Origin: Microbotryum violaceum | Lineage: Eukaryota | Reading direction: 5' to 3' | Length of the DNA stretch: 64,000 bases | Assembly: GCA_001244265.2 (NCBI GenBank) | Contig: CDLV01000012.1 | Location: 1,116,001-1,180,000, forward strand | Shown: positions 55,695-64,000 of the stretch, piece by piece | Position numbering within the stretch: position 1 is the stretch's first letter | Layout: each line of letters opens with the position of its first letter | Program-made: the position numbers and the translations under genes | The notes under the pieces: generated by a model | Database searches by the model: none | The model's input: only the letters and a program-made list of their open reading frames with translations | Told to the model about the DNA's origin: nothing

Positions 55695-56940
55695 ATGCCA
55701 CGATTACGGCGAACGTCCTCAGCCTCGTGGTCACCAGATGTCACGACAACAAACATGCCCGCTTCCGGTTCGGATACGTCGAGCACGGAATGCGCTGGCT
55801 CATCTCGGCGGCGGGTTCACCCAACGAAGAGACGGACAACACGGTCCCGAAGCAAGAACGAGACCCTTCACACCGACTACATCTCCCGGAACGAATCGGA
55901 ACGCACACCCCACCTGCCAAGTAACGGGTTAGCACCCCTGCCCATTCAACGACGGCCGTGCTCGCCACGTAGTTCCTCGTCCCCCTGCGTGCCTCCAACA
56001 TTCACAAATCCCAAACTACTCCTCCTCCTCGCCCTCACGACTCTCCTAAGTATCACTCCACCACCCGTCGTCCAAGCCCTCGTCCCCCAACCTCGAGCCG
56101 TGATCCCAGGCTTTTCCGAATCCAGTCCACCGTTCCCACATGGTTCAACCCGAGTAGGGAACTACATCTGTCGTTCTCATGGCGAATGCGAACCTTGTCC
56201 CGCCGATGAGGTCAGTGGACCAAGAACCAATCCAGGAGGTAGCTTAATGAAGTACATTATTTCGAAGCTGAATACCGCGATCTCCTCTCAACTCACAGAT
56301 CTTCAGTTCGGTCTGCTCCCTCTACGGCAATCGTAAGAAATTGATCTGCGAACGATTCCTCTCCCCTTCCGAGTCTTCCTCCTCCCCGGAAAACAATCTC
56401 AACAAACTTTCGAACCCATCTCATACAACACCCCAAGAAAAAAAATCGTACGACGAGCTGAATTCAGCTATGGCATCCGAATCGAATTCAGGAGATAAGT
56501 CAAGAGGTGTGGGCGTCGCGGTGGTGGATAAGTTGATCGGGGAGGAGGATAGCGATCCTAGTACGTTTTCAGGGTTCGATACCACCGATTCGGACCCTGA
56601 GGCTTTGGATCAAGGTAGGAAGAGGACGAGGGACTTTATGGATGATCAGGATGGTCCGGATGAGATTATGACCTGGGAGGCTTGTCAGAGGGTCGTCAAG
56701 AAGGAGAAGGAGGATTATTATGAATTCGTCGTAAGTTCAATTCCCACCTTTCTATACCCCTCTGTTTTCGTCAGAAAGCTAAAAATCTCCTAACCGCATT
56801 TTTCGCTCCTCCCCCCAAAGTTGTGCAACCTCTTCTTCGCCACGGGTTCGATCGCGCTGCTCATGTACCGACATCGCGTTCTCGCATCACGGCAATACGG
56901 GAGGTTGGCCGCGAGGATCGGGCTTTCCGTGACGAGGTAG
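55695..56940 (+). CDS. Membrane protein with a JTB-like six-cysteine ectodomain and C-terminal TM plus basic tail
   Basis: Hydrophobic LLLLLALTTLLSI; YICRSHGECEPCPADE|IFSSVCSLYGNRKKLICE..TWEACQRVVKKEKEDYYEFV|LCNLFFATGSIALLMYRHRVLASRQYGRLAARIG; introns in phase. Confidence 0.7.
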
Positions 56941-57215
56941 TTCAAGTGGGAAATTCTTTTTTGAACTGCATTTCTTCTGCCCCGTTGGTCTTTTCTTGGA
57001 ACCCCGAAAATCCAAAGATGTACCGCAACAAAAACTTCAACATCTTTTGCCGCTATATCCTGCGATTGCACATCCCTTGGCACCTTGTTTTTTTGAGACC
57101 TGAGTAGTGATACACACACACCTTGCAGAACGAAGGAGAATTGGGAGATCGACGAATGCATGATTACAGAGCACAAAACCCTGAAACATATGTCATCGAG
57201 AAATCACCTCCGGTA

Positions 57216-59115
57216 TCATCTATAATCGACCCGATAGCCCAACTTGGACAATTCTTCGCACCTCGGTAACTGTCAGGAAAGAGGGTGTGCTTTACGGTTA
57301 GCTCTCGGAGCTAAGGGCTTCTCAGGCTTTAAAAAAAGAGGAAAAGGGGGGCAACGTACCTTTTCATTGGTGATTTCGCGTACTTTATCCCAATCGGCTC
57401 CGAAACCTACGCCAAAGAGAGGATCAGAACGTTAGGGAAAGCTTTCGTTGGCAAAGAGGGGAGATCAGGAAACGAGCACACCCAAGAAACCCCTTGCTCG
57501 ATCGAGCCGTTCGTCGCGGTATTGCAACTATATCAGTACCGTACTCCCAAACGTCAGTATATTCACCTCATATAAACGCTCGATCATCCCTCAAGGTCGA
57601 CTAACCTCTTGCCTACAAGTATGCTGCAACCTCGCCACATAAGTCTGTTCGACCGTTCTCTCAAACGTCGCCAAACTCTTGGGGATCCTCAACTTTTGCA
57701 CCTGATCGGTCATCTTCTCCTCCGAAGCCAGGAACCTCGTCAAATCCGCTTTATAGGCCGTCGTCCCTGACTCGTGGGAGGATTTGAATTCTAGGGATGG
57801 GTTGGTAGATAGGTAGGTTTCGTATATCGGGTGGGAGGCGAATTGGACTGGGTTGACGTAATAGTTGATGTGCATGTTGGACGTTGTGCGTTCAACCTAT
57901 AAAAAGACGAGGGAAAATCATCAGCGATCTTTCTTGAAGGTAAAAGTTCAAGAACAAAGGCCCAACGCACCGAATACCTCGTCGATGGTTCGAACGTGAA
58001 TTCCGGATCGGCCGGTGTCGAACTGCCAAACAAGCTCGGCAAGTGGGACAACAACGAGAAACCAAACAACAACAACAAGGGTGCGATCTGAATCCAAATC
58101 GAACCTTGTTCCCTCTGTCCTCCCTGACCACCTGCACCGCCACCTCTTCTCGGCATTCCACCACCGGTTTGCATTCGTATCCCTCCCGGACCGTAGAATT
58201 GGAATCCACCTCCACCGAATTGAGAGCCGAAAGGTCCTCCTCCACCTCCTCCCCCGCCGGAAAAGAAGAAACGGAACAGATCCTCGGGGGACATTTCCTC
58301 GGCTCCTCCACCCATTCCACCTCCCCGAGCAAAGGGATGCATTCCTCCTCCTCCTCCTCCTCCTCCTCCGCCTCCACCCGCACCTCCTCCGCCTCGTGAG
58401 TCGGGGTCGGATCCGGTTTGGTCGAATATGGCGCGTTTGTTGCGGTCGCTGAGCACTTGGAACGCTTTCGAGACCACTGTGGGACGACGAAGACTACAAT
58501 CAGCTCGGGTGTGCAAGCGCGAGGATAGTAAATCCCGTGGACGACCCACTCTTGAACGCCTCTTCAGTCCCCGGTGCACCACACTTGTCCGGATGAAGAC
58601 CTGTCCATTGACCGCTCCAAAAATGCATAAGTACATCCCCACTATCCTTCTGCGCTGGTCTCGTGAAAACACTGACCGAGGGCCAGTTTTCTATAGGCCT
58701 TTTTAATGTCCGAATCCGAACAGGTTTTGTCCAAGCCCAAGATCGCATAATACTCGGTCACCTTGCACGCCTTTACTTTTTTCACCAATGCGATTTGGGC
58801 CGGTGTGTAGTCTCTAGCTTTTGGAGGTTCGGCCTGCGAAGACGACGATGAGGCGGTCGAAGTAGAAGTAGAAGCGGTAGGTTTTCGGGAAGTAGGTCGA
58901 GTCGTCCGCTGGGAGGAGGAAGCAGCGGTGGAAGTTGCGCTCGTGCTTGCTGCACTAGATTGTGCGGATTCGATCTTTTCCAAGAGAGCTTTCGCTTCGG
59001 CTGTAGGATGGAGAGATACGGATTTCTTGACGAATCGTAAGGCCGAGTCGAGATTGGCGGAATTGTAGTGTCGGCGTGCGAGGTCGAGCGCTTGTTGCGC
59101 CGCTTCGGAATTCAT
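57216..59115 (-). CDS. HLJ1: ER-membrane DnaJ co-chaperone (Hlj1/DNAJB12-like)
   Basis: N-terminal helical segment; J domain YYAILG..IKKAYRKLAL|.LHPDK..EAFK|.VSKAFQVLSD; G/F-rich linker SPEDLF..FF; TM QIAPLLLLFGFSLL; C-terminal INYYVN..C..C. Confidence 0.9.
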
Positions 59116-59592
59116 AGTCGAGGTGGGAAAGGCCTAGTCGAGTTGGGGTAGGTTTACGGTGTCACACAAGGCGTCGTCGCTGGTGTGTTTGTATGTGTGT
59201 GTGTGTGGGAGCGAGTTGATAGGCCCGTCGTGGTCGTTGTCGTCGTCGTCGTCAAATCGCACGACGAACCCAACGGGAGCAAGCTCGTGGTCTGTACTAG
59301 TCAATCTCACACTAGTTCACCCTGGGGATAGACTGCTCAAAAAGGTCCGATGGTCCTCGAAGAGCGTGGTAAGCCCGGAGTGAGGTTGAACGTGGCCAAC
59401 CACAACCGCACAACGACGACGAACGATCAACCCAACCCAATCGAATTTTGGACCCACTTACTAATCGGCATTACCAACCCAAGCTAACCCGCTCCTCCTA
59501 ATACGCCTCCGACCGCTCTCTGAACTCTTGCCGGTTAAACCAACTTCCTTCGCTGACCGAGCACATCGTCGCTGACCTTACACAGAGGAGCC

Positions 59593-59675
59593 ATGGACAC
59601 AGAAGGTGGGGCGTTGCATACCTAAAGCCATGTTTTTGAATTCCGCACTGACTCCCCCCTCCTTTCTCATCCAAC

Positions 59676-59708
<33 letters not shown>

Positions 59709-60916
59709 ACCCAGCCGCGACTCAACTCGCCAAGACCCGTGTTCAAGACGATACAAAGATACTCAAGTCCGTTCATCTTACTTTGAGGGCAACTACACGA
59801 TCTTACGCTAATAGCTTTGATGCATGAACTGAACCTAAAGGAAATCCATTCGGGAATTTTACCGACTCTCGCAACCTGATCTCACACCCGATCAACTGTA
59901 CGCTCCCCACCCCGCACCTTGCCAAATACACCAACTGACGATACAACCCCCCATTAACATCCTCAGTGAAGCAGCCCACGCCAGTTTTTTAATCGGCCTC
60001 GATCAACTCTCTCAACAACTCGTCAAACCTAAACGAATACGAAAGGTCACTCAAATCGAAGTTTCGGGTTATCAGGATGATGCTTTGGTATTAGGTCAGT
60101 AGTCGAGATCATCCCACCAGAAAAGGGCGATTTTCGCTCTTTGGAGTGCACGCTACTGATCCCTTTTCGAGGGAGCCGCTTTCAGAACGAACGGCACGGG
60201 AAACGATTCAAAGTATCGAAGCGTTGAGGACGAGGTTGGCATTGGCGCAACAAGAACGAGCGAGGAGGATCGTGAGTACTCTGCTTATCTTGGGGGGTGA
60301 TCACTCATGAGAGACACTGTTAGAGAACCCTTCTAAACATTCCCTCCTCGTTGCTCCTTGTTTAGGAATATGACGCCATCGCGCGAACGATCAAGAAACT
60401 TCCCGACCGAGCCAAAGGTAGCGAGTACGTTAACCCTATCATCCCTTCGAACCCACCAATCCCCCCCCTCCTCTAAAACTCCACAACTCACTCTCTCACA
60501 CACACACACACACACCTCTCCCTCTCAGAGCCATCGCGAAACTACACCAAGATATCGCCCTGCTCGAATCCGAAGAAGCGACCTATTCTTCCACCTGGGC
60601 CCACCGACAAGTCAGTTTCGATTCGATCGTGCAATCTTTAGAAACCATGTCCGAGGCGATCAGGTTGGAGAAATTGGATCAGGATAGGAGGAAGGCTTTG
60701 GAGGAGAATGATGAGGATGATCAGGTGCAGAATGCAGGCGGGAATCTTGCAGGCGGAGGGGGGGACGATTCGATTGGCAAGAGTGGGGTATTGAATCCGA
60801 ATGCGACCAGTTTCGAACCGGGTGGGGAAATCGATCGAGAGCCGCAAGACGGAGATCTGGAGGAGGGGGAGGAAGGGGAGGAAGGGGAGATGGGTGATGC
60901 GGGGACAACTCCTTGA
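59593..60916 (+). CDS. THO complex subunit 7 (Thoc7/Mft1-like)
   Basis: MDTE|..KTRVQDD.KILK; L..AQQER.RRI|EYDAIARTIKKLPDR; W..R...FD.IV..L; acidic tail. Confidence 0.78.
59677..59706. repeat. (CA)n microsatellite inside a THOC7 intron
   Basis: About 15 AC units directly visible. Confidence 0.9.
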
Positions 60917-62849
60917 TTTGGCTTGGTCTCTCTCTCAAAAACAGGCTGTACGGGCGGAACATGATGTAACAACAGAAAGCACATTGCAGGAATACTCGAG
61001 GTGATGGTGACTACAAGAGACGAGTGAAGCGTAAAAGACACGTACCGGTGGATAAACGGGAAGCGAGAGCGACCTGGAAAGAGAAACCTACACCTTCCCG
61101 TCGAGAATGTCAGCGTCCAAGCCAAACAGAGCAAGCGTGAATGTGCGTCAAAAAGAAGAGGGTATAGATTTTTCAGTCGCCGTTGTCTTTTTCAAAGAGG
61201 CGATCGAACATCGACGAAGCATCATGATACGAAGACCACAAAGGACTCATGCGCCGTGACCCACTTCCCAATGCGCTCGCACACATCCAAACCCCAATGA
61301 CGCTCGAGACGATTTGTTCAATTCCCCTTTCAGCCATCGAAGGCATCCACTTCTCCGCCATTCTTTCTCCCAAGCTCATCGCAAAGGCCAGATGGGATGA
61401 GCGTCTTCGGTGAATCGATGGTGGTCTTTCGGTCGAGGAGCGACGTCAGCGAGACGGCAGGCCCAGCAGACCTCAATGTCAAAGCACTGGGTAAGTGGTG
61501 CAGTAGTCGGGTGTAAGCCTTTTCCTGCACTACTTTGACCAACACTCCTTAACATCGAAGAAAGCCGCCGGGCCAGCCCTCAAGCCAATAATGACTGATC
61601 TCGCACGAACCAAAAGTCGCTTAAAACCCATCGGTATCTAGCTTCTTTCCAACAATTGGCCCGAGCGAGCGGCAGGATAGTCGAACGTGCCGCAAAGAGA
61701 TGTCAGACGAAAGTATCAGGGAACGAGAACGCGTCGAACAAGTACGTCGTGGATCCAGATGTTTTGGTATATGCGCACGCATTGGAAAGAGGGCCGTGTG
61801 GGCGGAAGAATCTTTGAAGGCTTCGCGAGTACTTCGCCGCAGCGTGATGCCTTTCAAGGAATGGATTATCGATTGGTTTCATCCGCTATTGTCGAGGGAG
61901 TGGGGGTAAAGGGGGGTTTGCTCTGGTGGGAGACACTTACGCATGATGTCGAATGGTCCAGCGGTATCTATGTCAGGTCCGAGGTAGACGAGTCAGCCTC
62001 AAGTCGCGTGAAGGTGTACAAAAACCCGGACGACGACAACAGAAAAGAGACGGATTTGTCCTCAGAATGAGGTAAAGCAGATATGGTTGAGTCTCGGCAT
62101 CATTTAATACGAAGCAGAACTGGAAAATAGTAACCAATCATCGTAGGACGGGGTCTTTTGTCTGTTGTCGTCGTCGTTGGGGTGGGGTCAGAGGAAAAGA
62201 TGGAAGACTGACCTTTTGGTTGGGACGGCCGACAGGGGAGCAAGCGACCGAGGCCTTGGCTAATGCAGAATGAACGAATGGTCAGTCCTCTTTGCGATTC
62301 CGACTTTGACCCCCACGAGATAAAAAGAGTGGATGGGAGTGGGAAAGTACGCCTCATTTGGTAGTGCATAACACAAAGTCCGCATGGTAGTGTCAATCAA
62401 GACGGTTGGCGAGTATAAAATGATTTATTGTGTAGAGTTAAATCACAGGCGTGTTGTTGTGTGTGCAGTGAGGGAAGGTGAAGAGCAGGGCGTGGTGCCA
62501 ACTAGCTAGGTCGCACCCGACCGCGTCGCACCCGACCGCGTCGCACCGGTGGAGAGGAGAGCAAAAAGGAAAAAACGAGGGAGAGCGCGTGAAGGTGTAC
62601 TCACGAGGGTTAGAGTGGTGGTGGAGGTTGTACAGAGTCGGTCATGGTCGAGAGCGCAGCGGGTGCTGATGATGAACCATGGTCAGTAGCCGAATGGGAG
62701 AAGAGGGGGAAAAAGCAAAGGTGAGGTGGGTGGTGGGTGGTGGGTGGTGGGTGGGGAGAGAGCAAGCCAGGCTCGCACCGAAAACACGAACAAGAACAAG
62801 CTTCGTTTAGCTTCGTGCGACGCCAATTTTGAGCTTGGACCCATTTCAA

Positions 62850-62894
62850 CCCATTTCGGCGCCCATTTCGGCGCCCATTTCGGCGCCCATTTCG
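62850..62894. repeat. Tandem 12-mer (CCCATTTCGGCG) x3+ upstream of MTR3
   Basis: cccatttcggcgcccatttcggcgcccatttcggcgcccatttcg. Confidence 0.9.
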
Positions 62895-63027
62895 AGCGTG
62901 GAGCTGAGCCAGTCGTCTCCTTTCGAGCAGTCAGCGCGCTTTACGCTCATCTCACAACAACACGAGCCTCTCCTTACCCAGCCCGCTCTTTCTTCTTCAC
63001 TCGGCCTAGGCATTGCTCTCCACCAAC

Positions 63028-64000
63028 ATGCAGACCGCAGACCGACGTCGATTCAATGGACCCGAGGGAGCTCGACCTCCTCGGTTCAACAAGACAGCAT
63101 CACTGGTAAGTGTACTCTTCCTTACACAATCGAGCCCCTACAAGTTGACTTGACCTCACGAGTATATCTTCCCTACCACACGGGATCAGGCCAACGATGC
63201 TGCTTCGACTTGGCGCCAGGACGGTCGCACGCCCTCGCAGATCCGACCCATCTGTGAGTCTACATATCCAGGAGCACCAATGTGGCTGCCCCGTCCAGAA
63301 CTCCTGATTGAACATTGGATTCATAGTCATGCAAACCGGCCTTGTCAGCGATGCATCAGGATCAGTCTACATCGAAACCGGTCGGACCAAGGTCATCTGC
63401 GCAGTGTCAGTTCTCTCATCTAGGCCCCCGGCCTCTCCCAGCTTGCATTCCAGACCCGAATTTGACGAGTAAAACCTCGTATAGACACGGACCAAAACCC
63501 ACAGCCCCCTCGGTCGCCTTTAGTCCGAGAGCCCGCCTCAACGTCGAAGTCAAATTCGCCCCATTTTCCTCGGGCATTCGGCGATTCGCTCCTGGCAAGG
63601 TACGCACCGAGCTCGTCGATGCCGAGCAAATACTATCCACCCGAGCTAATATCGAGACCCTCCCTTCCCTCACCCAGGATACGGAATCATTGACCCTATC
63701 CAGCGCAGTGCATCAAGCGATTATCCCTTCGCTCTTGCTCGAGGCGTTGCCGAAATCCCAGATCGACCTGTTCCTCACCATCCTAGAGTCCGATGGCAAT
63801 GACGATGATATCGCAGCGCAAGTTTCCAAGAAAAGGTTTTCTAGGCGTTGAGGTTACCTGATGCTAACCTGCTCTCAGCAAGTCCTCGCAGTGGAATCAC
63901 AGCAGCCTCCGTGGCACTCGCCAAAGCCGGGATCCCGATGCGAGGTCTCGTCGTCGCCACATCAGCCGTAAGCAAACCTCCATCATCATCTCAGCCTATC
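63028..64000 (+). CDS. MTR3: Exosome RNase PH-ring subunit Mtr3/EXOSC6; truncated at the window end
   Basis: MQTADRRRFNGP; RQDGR..IRPI|FMQTGLVS.ASGS.YIE..KVICAV|HGP; VKFAPF; PKSQIDL..ILESDG; ITAASVALA.AGI. Confidence 0.85.

Overview
Gene-dense, intron-rich eukaryotic DNA. Short GT/GC-AG introns with CTRAC-type branch points and micro-exons point to a basidiomycete fungus (probably a Pucciniomycotina yeast; inference only). Hand-splicing gives about 28 multi-exon genes, mostly housekeeping: VPS2 (partial), VPS29, HOM3, ERO1, ALA1, a RecQ helicase, CBR1, NSA2, MRP10, APC5, ARPC4, RPC17, NOT4, SCY1, cyclin L, an SDR, SDH2, cyclophilin H, a Nudix CoA hydrolase, aminopeptidase P, UNC-50, SEC65, HLJ1, THOC7 and MTR3 (partial), plus several unknowns. 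No tRNA, rRNA or CRISPR array was seen. Main observations: (1) a cyclin L gene whose conserved N-terminus has no AUG, starts at a GUG in a perfect Kozak context and needs two consecutive GC-AG introns; (2) an ACG-ACG-ACG-initiated mitochondrial-presequence-like extension on ALA1, and a 207-codon AUG-less open frame upstream of NOT4; (3) a spliced stand-alone CxC1-like (KDZ transposon-associated) ORF between NOT4 and SCY1; (4) a JTB-like six-cysteine membrane protein; (5) a WW-domain protein with a duplicated GW/WG (candidate Argonaute-hook) module; (6) a SCY1 start codon split by an intron; (7) a repeated C-rich to G-rich skew switch inside exons. All gene models and family calls are by eye; no database search was run.
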